Of a stretch of DNA of 64,000 bases, positions 9,564 through 18,425 are shown piece by piece. The notes below the pieces were generated by a model. The model worked only from the letters and a program-made list of their open reading frames with translations, made no database searches and had not been told where the DNA came from. The DNA lies in assembly GCA_038885755.1 (NCBI GenBank), contig JAVZZH010000002.1:96001-160000 (forward strand), given 5' to 3'. The translations under genes were made by a program, and so were the position numbers. The stretch comes from Candidatus Caldarchaeum sp. (lineage in GTDB: Archaea; Thermoproteota; Nitrososphaeria_A; Caldarchaeales; Caldarchaeaceae). Positions within the stretch are counted from its first letter, which is position 1. The number at the start of each line of letters is the position of its first letter.

Positions 9564-10392
9564 CAAGCTCAAGCTACTCGTGGAATACGAGCTTAGGAGA
9601 AGCCTAGCACGCAAAAGAATAATCATGCTTGTCGCAGCTACTTTCCTTCTGCAGGTCGGCGTCTACCTCGTCTTCACAAGACTACCTCCCAGCCTAGTCT
9701 CCCCGATCACCCCATACACATGGATGATAGGAGTCCTAGCTCCCTCAACCGCGCTCATACACATCCTCGCACTAACAATAGGAGCATCGACGTCGGCGGA
9801 GGAGTACGAGTTAGGGACAGCCGACTACTGGTTCACACGACCCCTCGCAAGACACGAGTACTTCCTCGGAAAAATACTCGGCGGCTTCGTGCTAATCAGC
9901 CTCCTCATCACCACTTACAGCCTACTCGCCCTCGCCCTCTCATCGTACGTCTTCGGCCCCCAGAGCCGGCTAGACGTGTTTACCCTAGCCGTGGCCGCCT
10001 CCGTAGCTTCCTCCCTCCCTTTCTACTCGATGGGGCTTGCCGTCGGAGAGATTGTAAGGCGCAGCATGGTCTCCACAATCATCGCAGGAACTGTTTTCTT
10101 CGCATCCTTCCTCACAGAAAGCTACGCCAACGTCGCCGCAGTCCTAGGAGGAGACAGAAGCCTGCTAGAAGCCGTGAAGCTTCTGCCGACGTGGGGATCG
10201 GTCGGGCTGACGTCAGCCATCGTCCTCGATAACCTCAGCCTACCAACTGCGGCCCTCCTCAGCCTCTTCAACCGCATAAACCAGCAGGACATACCAACAG
10301 CACTCCTAAACCTCTTCGTCTACACAGCTGCAGCAACAACCCTGGCGTGGCTAAAATTCAGGTACAGCGATGTCTCGAGAAGGGCGCTGTAA
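9547..10392 (+). CDS. ABC-2 type exporter permease
   Basis: About 6 TM segments; EEYELGTADYWFTRPLARHEYFLGK motif; overlaps the ATPase gene. Confidence 0.88.
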   Translation: MTRLASKLKLLVEYELRRSLARKRIIMLVAATFLLQVGVYLVFTRLPPSLVSPITPYTWMIGVLAPSTALIHILALTIGASTSAEEYELGTADYWFTRPLARHEYFLGKILGGFVLISLLITTYSLLALALSSYVFGPQSRLDVFTLAVAASVASSLPFYSMGLAVGEIVRRSMVSTIIAGTVFFASFLTESYANVAAVLGGDRSLLEAVKLLPTWGSVGLTSAIVLDNLSLPTAALLSLFNRINQQDIPTALLNLFVYTAAATTLAWLKFRYSDVSRRAL

Positions 10393-10418
10393 AAATCCAC
10401 GGAGACCACGTAAAGACC

Positions 10419-10493
10419 TAGCGGGGGGTGGACTCGAACCACCGATCTCCGGGTTATGAGCCCGGCGGGTTAACCTGGCTACCCTACCCCGCT
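10419..10493 (-). tRNA. Initiator tRNA-Met(CAT)
   Basis: Reverse complement AGCGGGGTAGGGTAGCCAGGTTAACCCGCCGGGCTCATAACCCGGAGATCGGTGGTTCGAGTCCACCCCCCGCTA; A1:U72 pair and three G:C pairs in the anticodon stem are archaeal initiator hallmarks. Confidence 0.97.
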
Positions 10494-10524
10494 GCCGCTC
10501 CACTCAGTTTCTAGCTATTGGCCT

Positions 10525-10540
10525 TAATTATACCTTTGCG
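10525..10540 (-). promoter_or_regulatory. BRE/TATA promoter of tRNA-iMet
   Basis: CGCAAAGG-TATAATTA on the minus strand about 32-40 nt upstream of the tRNA. Confidence 0.6.
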
Positions 10541-11030
10541 TTGCAAATCCGGCACACCAACCCATCAACCATCCCGCCCAAACTTCAGGCAAACCCTATC
10601 TCGCAGCCTCCCCATCAAAACAGCAGCTTCGCCGACTGGTTCATGGAAAACAGCCCCCTCCCATACTTTGACAACACCGCCTCAGCCCAACAACCTCGCA
10701 CAAAGCAGGTCCCCGGAGAAAAAGCCTATTTCCAATACCTCGCCGTTCCTCGGCACCAGCCCATCCCAGCAGCAGCATCGGGAAAACCAAGCTCTCCAAC
10801 CATGACCTTAACATGTACAGCCGCATGATTCTCGACGCCGGGAGCTGAACCTAGCTCCGCAAACCCGGCTGAAACCCGCTTACCCAACCTGAGAGCCAAG
10901 AACGCCCGTCGGAGGGTAGAATCCTCGGAGAAAGGCTGACGACCGTGGAGGCAGGTGTGAGATCTTTATAAAAGTTGGTTCGGCGTGTGTTTTTAAGCAT
11001 GTTTAACAGCGTATTCGGCGGTGTCGTGTC

Positions 11031-11951
11031 ATGGCTTTGTTCTTCGGCGCTGTGCTTCCCCGCTACGACGTCGAGTTCAGGAAAGTAGTTGACTTGGCGG
11101 TTGAGTTCGAGGATCTGGGTTTTTCATCCCTCTGGATGACTGACCATCTGCAGCCCCGCAGGGCGTCTACTGTGTTTGAGACGTGGACTTTGCTTTCGGC
11201 GCTAGCTCCGTTGACCGACGTTAGGCTCGGGACCGTGGTTCTGTGCTCTTGCTATCGCCATCCCTCGGTTCTCGCTAAGATGGCGGCTACGCTTGATGTT
11301 GTAAGCGGTGGAAGGCTTGAGCTTGGACTGGGTACTGGCTCGGAGTCGCAGGGGGAGGAGCTTGAGGCGCTCGGCATGGAGATGTGGCGTGGCTTGGATA
11401 GATTTGAAAGGTTCAGGGAGTATGTCGAGGTAGTGCGTCTCTTGATGAAGGACGGCGGGTCGGTAGATTACAGCGGCAAGTTTTACAGGCTTTCAAAAGC
11501 AGCGTGCAACACTCCGTGCATACAGAAGCCTGCTCCACCCATATGGGTTGGCGGTAGAAGGAGTAGAATGGTGTCGATGGCTGCTGAGGCCGGTGATGGT
11601 TGGAACTTTTACGGCGAGACGCTGGAGGAGTATGAGAGAATGGTGAAGTTGTTTGACGATAAATGTAGGCAGCTCGGCCGGAGGGTTGTCAAGTCTGTTT
11701 TCACGAACGTCGTGATTTATTCGTCCGACTCTGAGAAGAGTGAGAGGATGGGTAGGCTGGGGGTTTTCAGCACGGATGAGGAGGCGCTGAGAAGGACGTT
11801 CACGCTTCTTCACGGCAAGCCAGACGAGGTTGTCGAACAGCTGGAGCGGCTGCAGAGCCTTGGCGTTGGGCTTGTGATAGTTAGGGACATGCACGTCGAG
11901 GCGTCAAGCATCCGGGTCTTCGCAAAGGAAGTGATGCCTTCTTTCACCTGA
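11031..11951 (+). CDS. Luciferase-like (LLM) flavin/F420-dependent oxidoreductase
   Basis: GFSSLWMTDHL, ETWTLLSALA, RLGTVV, RHPSVLAKMAATLDVVSGGRLELGLGTG, PPIWVGG, DGWN. Confidence 0.92.
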   Translation: MALFFGAVLPRYDVEFRKVVDLAVEFEDLGFSSLWMTDHLQPRRASTVFETWTLLSALAPLTDVRLGTVVLCSCYRHPSVLAKMAATLDVVSGGRLELGLGTGSESQGEELEALGMEMWRGLDRFERFREYVEVVRLLMKDGGSVDYSGKFYRLSKAACNTPCIQKPAPPIWVGGRRSRMVSMAAEAGDGWNFYGETLEEYERMVKLFDDKCRQLGRRVVKSVFTNVVIYSSDSEKSERMGRLGVFSTDEEALRRTFTLLHGKPDEVVEQLERLQSLGVGLVIVRDMHVEASSIRVFAKEVMPSFT

Positions 11952-11959
11952 CTTCACGC

Positions 11960-12270
11960 AGGCCCAGAGTGTTGATGGTGTTCCCGGTAGAATGTTGTCT
12001 TCGAGGCTTATCCCGAGTCTTCCAAGCAGGTAGATTCCAAGCTCCACGGTGAATGTCATGCCCGGTTTCAAAGCTGTCTGGTTTCCCTCCCTGACGTATG
12101 GTTCTTCATGGACCTCGACGCCGAGGACGTCGATAAAAGAGCTGAACCTCAGCTGAACAGACTGGGTCATAGTCGCGAACCACGTGTCAGCTTTGGGCGA
12201 CTACAGGGCTGCATCCGCCATGCTGAGGAACGCTCTCGGAATCCCGAATTAGTCGTAGCGCTTGGTTTGC
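11960..12270 (-). pseudogene. Xaa-Pro aminopeptidase (M24) C-terminal remnant
   Basis: LGVEVHEEPY...LKPGMTFTVELGIYLLGRLGISLEDNIL matches the M24 G-x-VHE-x-P / TVEPGIY / RIED motifs, degenerated and lacking the N-terminus. Confidence 0.75.
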
Positions 12271-12288
12271 GCGGGAGTTCAAATATTA

Positions 12289-12729
12289 ATGCAGGCGATT
12301 CCGACTAGTGGTGTGAAGGCCTACACGGAGACTATCAGCCTAAACACTAGGTCTAGGGTTGAGTTGAACGACGTGACAAGCTTGGTTGAGAGGGTTGTCG
12401 CTGCTTCGGGTGTTAAGAACGGAGTCGTCAACGTATTCTCTCTTCACACGACGCTGGGTCTTTATCTCAACGAAAACGAGCCGAACCTGAAGCAGGATGT
12501 TCTCGAGTTTCTGGAAAGGCTCGCTCCCCAAACCTCAGGCTACCACCACGACACCATCGACCCCACCGCAAACACCTTCTCACACCTCCGCTCCCTGCTG
12601 CTCGCGCCCGTGATAACGCTCGCCGTCCAAAACGGAAAACCCGTACGCGGGACGTGGCAGTCGATCATAGCTGCTGAGTTTGACGGGCCGCGGTCGAGAA
12701 AACTCTTGGTCCAAGTGCTAGGCGAGTAG
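12289..12729 (+). CDS. yjbQ: YjbQ / UPF0047 family protein
   Basis: HTT..L.LNENEP, YHHD, N..SHLRS, GTWQSI..EFDGPR motifs. Confidence 0.92.
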   Translation: MQAIPTSGVKAYTETISLNTRSRVELNDVTSLVERVVAASGVKNGVVNVFSLHTTLGLYLNENEPNLKQDVLEFLERLAPQTSGYHHDTIDPTANTFSHLRSLLLAPVITLAVQNGKPVRGTWQSIIAAEFDGPRSRKLLVQVLGE

Positions 12730-12734
12730 TCGCG

Positions 12735-13955
12735 CTATTCGACGTACTCCCTTCCGATGACTTCCCGGGCGACTATCAGGCGTAGAATGTTTTCCGCTCC
12801 CTCAGCCCCGACCACGTAGCTGAAGGCCGCCAGCCACGCCCTGTAGATTGGAGTCTCCTTGAAGTAAGCCGCTCCGCCGTGAATCTTCATCACCTCCTCG
12901 CCCAGGTCAACAGCGAGCGATGCACACTTCAGCTTGGCCATCGCCCCGACCCGGGCCACGTCAGCCAACGTCCCCTGACCATCACGGTAATACCTGTCAG
13001 CGGTCCAAGCAGCCTTGTAGCTCAGAAGCCTAGCGGCCTCGAGTTCAGTCGCAAAATCAGCGAGCTTGAAGCTCACTCCCTGGTAGGAGGCTATCGGCTT
13101 TCCGAAGACTTTTCGAGCCCTGACCCATTCTAAGGCTCTGTCCATCAGCCAGCGGGCGCATCCTACGCAGATGGCTCCGATCATGGTGCGGGCGAGGTTG
13201 AAGCCTTCCATGGCTATCTTGAACCCGCCGTTTACGGGGCCGACCCTGTAGACGTCGTCGACGACTGCGTTGTCGATGGTCAACACGGAGGTGTCAAGCC
13301 CTTTCCTCGCAAACTCCGTCCACGGCTTGTAGGAGATTCCCTCCAAACGCACACCGTTCCTCTTCATCAAGAGTATGAAGTCCGTGATCGTGCGGTGTCG
13401 CAGGCCGGGGTCTCCAGTCCTAGCTATGAGAAACCAGCCGCCGCCCCACGGCATGTTCTCAATTACTGACGGAAGGGAGACCATCGATTTTTCCCCACTT
13501 ATTCTCCAGCTCCTGTCGTCAACCTTATCCGCCCTAACCTTGACAGAGGAAACGTCGCTTCCCCCATGCGCCTCCGTGCTGGCAATACCTATCGCAGCCT
13601 CGCCTGCCGCGATGCGTCGGAGAAACTCGTGCTTAGCCTCGTCAGACCCGTAGAGCGCGACCATGTATCCCCATGAACACTGGAGAAGATACATCACGGC
13701 GAGTGAGAGGGCGGGGCCGTGGTAGGCCAGCTCCTCGCCCGCTATGGCTGCTTCGAGAAACGAGCCCTCCTGACCACCGTACTCGGATGGGATCGTCATT
13801 CCGAACAACCCCACCTCAGCCATCTTCTCGACAACATCCCTAGTTATTTCGCCTCTCTCATCTATCTCGAGCCAGCGGGGTTCGATTACTCTTCTGCAGA
13901 ACTCGGAGATCTTGTCGCGGAGAAGAGACTGCTCAGCGTTTAGGCGGAAATCCAT
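12735..13955 (-). CDS. Acyl-CoA dehydrogenase
   Basis: MDFRL, IPSEYGG, STEAHGGSD, GEK, GFKIAM..FN.AR, RKVFGKPIASYQGV, IHGG, EGAENI. Confidence 0.93.
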   Translation of the reverse strand: MDFRLNAEQSLLRDKISEFCRRVIEPRWLEIDERGEITRDVVEKMAEVGLFGMTIPSEYGGQEGSFLEAAIAGEELAYHGPALSLAVMYLLQCSWGYMVALYGSDEAKHEFLRRIAAGEAAIGIASTEAHGGSDVSSVKVRADKVDDRSWRISGEKSMVSLPSVIENMPWGGGWFLIARTGDPGLRHRTITDFILLMKRNGVRLEGISYKPWTEFARKGLDTSVLTIDNAVVDDVYRVGPVNGGFKIAMEGFNLARTMIGAICVGCARWLMDRALEWVRARKVFGKPIASYQGVSFKLADFATELEAARLLSYKAAWTADRYYRDGQGTLADVARVGAMAKLKCASLAVDLGEEVMKIHGGAAYFKETPIYRAWLAAFSYVVGAEGAENILRLIVAREVIGREYVE

Positions 13956-13991
13956 GCGCAGAGGTGAGAAGAGCTGGTATATGTGTCTAAC

Positions 13992-14276
13992 TTAGGGCTG
14001 CTCGACGACGACCTTCATGTAGCTTATTCTTCTAAGCCTTCCGTTCATCTCAAAGTCTTCGCTCCAGATACTTATGTCCTTGATGCGGAGGTCTCTCCTG
14101 AAAGAGTTCCGCAGAAGCTCGACGGTGTCCACGCAGAGGGGAATGTTCCGGCCTCTAGCCACCAGCTCTATCTCCTTACAGCCTCTGTTGAGCAGCGTGA
14201 TTGAAGCGGTCACGTAGCGGAACACGGGTTTTTTCCCGATGATCACCAGCCTTGTCCTCGGAGGGGCTGAGGCCAT
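13992..14276 (-). CDS. albA: Alba chromatin/RNA-binding protein
   Basis: IIGKKPVFRYV, ARGRNI..CVDTVE, RISYMKV Alba signature. Confidence 0.9.
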   Translation of the reverse strand: MASAPPRTRLVIIGKKPVFRYVTASITLLNRGCKEIELVARGRNIPLCVDTVELLRNSFRRDLRIKDISIWSEDFEMNGRLRRISYMKVVVEQP

Positions 14277-14483
14277 TTATGGGTTAGGGAGTTTGAGAGG
14301 CTTATAAGGGTTGTAGACGCCCATCCGGGGGACAAAGGCTTCAATCGTGTCGCGGCGAAGTTGATTATAGCTCTCATCCATGTCCGTCTGTCAAAAAGGC
14401 TCTAGACCTGCTTCTATGCTGTGTATTTTTCGACGACCAACCCCAAGCCCGACTGGAACGCAACATAAAGGCCTAGGCCCTCG

Positions 14484-14826
14484 GTGTCAGCCGCAGCAAC
14501 CGCCTACCTGATGTACGCCATGACCATGGAGCCTTCCACAGCCGGCGAAGAGAGGATAACGGTCTACATGGGGGAGTACACGCCCAACGAGGTTCACGTC
14601 AGGAGGAACGTGCGGACGTTGGTCTTCTCCGTCAACGGCGGAGCCTACCCTCACAACGCCTACTTGAAAGAGGATATTGGTGCCTGTGATGTATCCCGGA
14701 AACTCGACGTCCGTGGAGCTTGTGTTCGGGCGGGCGGGTGTTTACAGTATCCTGTGCACGGTTGCTCATCCGGCTCCTGTGAGTCATTACGAGCTGGGAA
14801 CGGTGGCTGGGCTGGTTGTTAGGTGA
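14484..14826 (+). pseudogene. Frameshifted cupredoxin (blue-copper) gene
   Basis: First frame gives ITVYMGEYTPNEVHV...VNGGAYPHN; shifted frame from about 14683 gives PVMYPGNSTSVELVFGRAGVYSILCTVAHPAPVSHYELGTVAGLVVR* (C...H ligand loop, axial Met replaced by Thr). Confidence 0.7.
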
Positions 14827-14864
14827 AGGCTTATATCGTGGCGGGCCGGCGCATATCGAACTAA

Positions 14865-15122
14865 ATGGTTGAAGAAAAGCGGCTGACCAAGAAGGGATGG
14901 GTCAGCCAGACGCCTGAGGGGGAGCTTCTCTTGGTGAACGAGAACGGGGATGCATACAGGGTTAACGAGGCTGTTGTAGCTGTGTGGAATCTTTTCGAGG
15001 ACAGAACGGTTGCAGACGTTGTAGCGGAGATCGCTAGCCAGATCAGTCGTGAACCCGCCGAGATAAGGGATTCGATAGAGCAGCTGGCTGTGAAGCTGAT
15101 GGACGCAGGGTTGATAGGTTAG
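14865..15122 (+). CDS. PqqD-family / RiPP recognition element-like protein
   Basis: 85 aa; GELLLVNENGDAYRVNEAVVAVWNLFEDRTVADVVAEIA...DSIEQLAVKLMDAGLI fits the PqqD pattern (LN..IW..DG.T..I...L...GLI). Confidence 0.75.
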   Translation: MVEEKRLTKKGWVSQTPEGELLLVNENGDAYRVNEAVVAVWNLFEDRTVADVVAEIASQISREPAEIRDSIEQLAVKLMDAGLIG

Positions 15123-15134
15123 GTGTGATGAGCG

Positions 15135-16901
15135 TTAAACCAGCAGGGCTGTGGCAGCGGCTAGCGTGAAGGCGGCCAAGCCTGCGAGACCGTATGCTTT
15201 TACGCCGAAGGAGACGCTGTTCTCCACGGTTTCAAGAAAATCAGAGAAGACTGGCACGTCCTTAAACACGACCGACTTGAACGCTGTAGATGCTTTGGTC
15301 AGGGTCTCCACAGCTCTTCTGTGAACTTCGTCCAGCAGCGAGTTGAGGGTGGAGCGGTCGACGGCTTCTCCGAGCGGACGGTATCCCCGGCCTCCCAGCA
15401 TCACAGCGTTAACCATGTGCGTGTCGGTTGTACACAGCTCTGCGTCCTCACACCCATATTTTCTCCCCGTCTCCTGAACAGCCTCCCGAACCCATGGCTC
15501 GGCGTTGTTGGAGTCAGCAACTACGACGGACATCCTCCTAGATCCGTCGTCGAAAACTATGCATGAAAGACCTCCAGACCCCATGCCTTCAGCCAGCCCT
15601 ATCTGAGACGGCACCAGCCTCGCAAACCCTACCAATGCCTCACCGACGACAGGTCTTTCCCCGCCCAGCTTCGACAGAACCTCCCTAGTTTTCTCAATCA
15701 TGTCGTTGTCCAAAGCTTCAAAGCCGTCGTTGAAACAGTTGTGGGCGTCTACAACCACCATGTCGCTTGCGATTCCAGCTGGAACGACTTCGGGAGGCAG
15801 GTCCTCCATGGGGTGTGGGTGGAGCGTTAGTATGGCCACTCTCCTGCCCGCCATAACCCAGCTGAGAGAGCTGACGCCGTTAAGTGTTTGCCTGACGGGA
15901 AAGCTGAGGGATTGTGAGAATACGGATGATTTCAGCAAGGCTTCAGCCTCCTCCGCTATGCTTTCAGCAATTCTCTCCGACACCTCGTAGCTCGCGAGGT
16001 TCTTCTCGTGGCTGGAAAGGCCCTTGAACACAACGGCTTCGAAGCCTCTCGCAGCTAGCTTCTGCTGTATCAGGCTGGGGAACATGCTCGACCCGACGAC
16101 ACGGAACGGCCCCGGATGAACCTCGGAGACGACGATGGCTAGAGGAGGATGGCCGTCTCTCTTGACGGTGAACAACTCACATCTAACGTCCTCAAGCCTG
16201 CCAAGCCTCGAGATCATGCTCTCAAGCATCCTAGACTCTCCCGACAGAAGGCTGGCTAGGAAAGCCTGCAACAGGTTGAAGGGCTTCATCCCCTTGATTC
16301 GCCCACGAACGTCTATCAAGTACCTCGAAGACTCCATCAGGACTACTCCGATAACGTAGGATGCGAATGCGGTCTGCAGGGCTTTCAGCAAGCTGTCGAG
16401 ATATATTTGAAGCGGGATGATTGACGCAACCATCGGAGGCGTGGACAGGAGCGAAGTAAGTAAGGGATGAACTCTGTAGCCTATGGCTCTCCTAACAGAG
16501 TAGCCGATGAACACCGAGGCAGTTATGAACGGAGCTATCACGTACTTCGCACCACCGGGGTGAACCAGCTGCGCGAGGAGAGAGGTGGGCAACGCCGTCA
16601 AGACCATGAACATCTCGACGATCGACAGGGAGTTGAGCCGTCTAGCGGTGTAGTTTAAGCAACGCCTGCCCAGAGTCCTTCCGACCAAGTTGTTCACAAG
16701 CAGGGTTGAGGACAGGATGACCGTGATGCAGGCTAAAACGAGAAGCAGGCTGCCGGAGATGAGGTACACGAAGAAGCCGAAGGCTAGAGATAAAGCCGAC
16801 AGGATCGCCAGCAGCTGCCGGCTCCCGCCGTGGAAACCCTTGATCAGCCTATACCTGCCGGCTATCGCTCCAGCCGAGGTGTTAGCCATATAAAGCACCA
16901 C
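15135..16901 (-). CDS. DUF2070 family membrane protein (predicted hydrolase)
   Basis: N-terminal TMs; VHPGPF..VGSS, SSHEKN, MEDLP, VDAHN, DSNN, TTDTH motifs. Confidence 0.88.
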   Translation of the reverse strand: MVLYMANTSAGAIAGRYRLIKGFHGGSRQLLAILSALSLAFGFFVYLISGSLLLVLACITVILSSTLLVNNLVGRTLGRRCLNYTARRLNSLSIVEMFMVLTALPTSLLAQLVHPGGAKYVIAPFITASVFIGYSVRRAIGYRVHPLLTSLLSTPPMVASIIPLQIYLDSLLKALQTAFASYVIGVVLMESSRYLIDVRGRIKGMKPFNLLQAFLASLLSGESRMLESMISRLGRLEDVRCELFTVKRDGHPPLAIVVSEVHPGPFRVVGSSMFPSLIQQKLAARGFEAVVFKGLSSHEKNLASYEVSERIAESIAEEAEALLKSSVFSQSLSFPVRQTLNGVSSLSWVMAGRRVAILTLHPHPMEDLPPEVVPAGIASDMVVVDAHNCFNDGFEALDNDMIEKTREVLSKLGGERPVVGEALVGFARLVPSQIGLAEGMGSGGLSCIVFDDGSRRMSVVVADSNNAEPWVREAVQETGRKYGCEDAELCTTDTHMVNAVMLGGRGYRPLGEAVDRSTLNSLLDEVHRRAVETLTKASTAFKSVVFKDVPVFSDFLETVENSVSFGVKAYGLAGLAAFTLAAATALLV

Positions 16902-16983
16902 ATGCTCGCAGAGTTAAGCTAATTTAACTCTATTTCCACGCCGCAGAAAACGACTATATACATGCTTCGCAAGGATTGATGGA

Positions 16984-17952
16984 TTGCCCAGCATTACCTT
17001 CAACGGCGGCGTGAGGATTGCTCATCTCGGCCGGACAGTCTTCTTCGACTCAGCCAGCAGCACAACGCCCGGCCACCTACGTCTGATATCACACGCCCAC
17101 TCCGACCACGTAGCCAACACTGGCAGAATACTCGCCACGTCTCCCACTGTTGGCTTGATGAAGTCGGTCTGGGAGATGAGGGGGAAGACCACTTCAGTTC
17201 AGTACCATGAGTTGATGAAGCTGGAGAACGGGCTCGCAGTCAAGCCGCTCAACTCGGGTCACGTCCTAGGCTCCGCGGCCTTCAACATACAGGGCGACGG
17301 CCTCAGCCTAACCTACACAGGAGACATAAACACCGTCGAAACCCTAACCACTCAGCCGGCTGAAACATGTCACTCGGAGTTCCTGGTCATGGAGTCTACC
17401 TACGGGCATCCAAGCTTCGTCTTCCCACCCCGCCACCAAACATATGCGAGAATACTCCGATGGACGCTGGAATGTCTGTCGGACGGTGTGCTGCCCGCCT
17501 TCAAAGCATACTCGATAGGAAAGTCTCAAGAGCTGATAAAGCTGTTCAACACCTACACAACCCTGCCGGTAGTAGCTGGACCGACGGTCTCCAAAGCATC
17601 CAAGGTTTACGTAGATTTCGGGGAAAAGCTCGACTACATGCCGTACAACGACGCCGACGCAGTCAAGCTGCTTGCCTCAGGCGGCTGCGTCTACGTCGAC
17701 AGCCAAGTAAGACGTATGATTACGCACAGGAGGATGAGATGGGCTTATGTCTCCGGCTGGGCTCTCCAGTACAGGTTCGAAGACATGGACGCAGCTTTTC
17801 CGCTGAGCAGCCACGCAGACTACAACGGGCTTCTGAAGTATGTTGAGGAGACAGAGCCTAGGAAAGTATACGTCTTCCACGGGTTCAGCGGCTACTTTGC
17901 GAGAACGCTGAGGAGGCTTGGGTTTGACGCCGAGCCTCTCGGCGGGCGTTAG
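16984..17952 (+). CDS. Metallo-beta-lactamase/beta-CASP nuclease
   Basis: SHAHSDH, SGHVLGS, YTGD, MESTYG, YSIGKSQE, LSSHAD, FHG. Confidence 0.9.
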   Translation: MPSITFNGGVRIAHLGRTVFFDSASSTTPGHLRLISHAHSDHVANTGRILATSPTVGLMKSVWEMRGKTTSVQYHELMKLENGLAVKPLNSGHVLGSAAFNIQGDGLSLTYTGDINTVETLTTQPAETCHSEFLVMESTYGHPSFVFPPRHQTYARILRWTLECLSDGVLPAFKAYSIGKSQELIKLFNTYTTLPVVAGPTVSKASKVYVDFGEKLDYMPYNDADAVKLLASGGCVYVDSQVRRMITHRRMRWAYVSGWALQYRFEDMDAAFPLSSHADYNGLLKYVEETEPRKVYVFHGFSGYFARTLRRLGFDAEPLGGR

Positions 17953-17991
17953 CGACACGTATATTAGACGGCGGCTTAGAAGCAGGTGTGG

Positions 17992-18162
17992 ATGAGCACT
18001 AAAAGGAGAAAGGAGGCGCCCATGCCTGCGAGCGGGGCTGGGCTGCTTCGGTTCTTCGAGGAAGAGTCGAAGGGCATCAAAGTAAGGCCCGAGATAGTGA
18101 TAGGAGCCTCGGCTGCACTCATAGTATTAATCTACATCCTCAGAGCGGTAGCACCCCTCTAG
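17992..18162 (+). CDS. secG: Preprotein translocase subunit Sec61-beta (56 aa, not in ORF track)
   Basis: Manual translation MSTKRRKEAPMPASGAGLLRFFEEESKGIKVRPEIVIGASAALIVLIYILRAVAPL*; AGL-x-RF..E...IK-x-x-P plus one TM. Confidence 0.92.
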   Translation: MSTKRRKEAPMPASGAGLLRFFEEESKGIKVRPEIVIGASAALIVLIYILRAVAPL

Positions 18163-18425
18163 GCAAGCGATTCCTCGAGAGAAGCCTGCCCCGCGCCAGT
18201 AAGTTTCCAGTGGAACCTCCTCCCAACCCTCTTCCTCTCCACGACGCCGTCAACCAGCATGTTGCGCAGATGATATCTTATGCGTCTCCGGGGGATTCCA
18301 GCCAGCCTGCTTATCTCCCCCACCGTCAGCTGTCCACGAGAAAGAACCTCCACTATCCTCGTCCTTGTTTCAAGCCCCCTCCTAACGTTCTTCACACTCC
18401 TCAGGTAGGCTTTCGGGCTTATCAT
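18159..18425 (-). CDS. ArsR-family winged-helix protein
   Basis: TRTRIVEVL...LTVGEISRLAGI..RRIRYHLRNM..DGVVER; start overlaps the polC stop. Confidence 0.75.
   Translation of the reverse strand: MISPKAYLRSVKNVRRGLETRTRIVEVLSRGQLTVGEISRLAGIPRRRIRYHLRNMLVDGVVERKRVGRRFHWKLTGAGQASLEESLA

Noticed and set aside
14683-14822. Cys/Gly-rich ORF tail next to the PqqD-like gene as a RiPP precursor
   Set aside because: It is the out-of-frame reading of a cupredoxin C-terminus (alternative frame GVYSILCTVAHP...HYELG)
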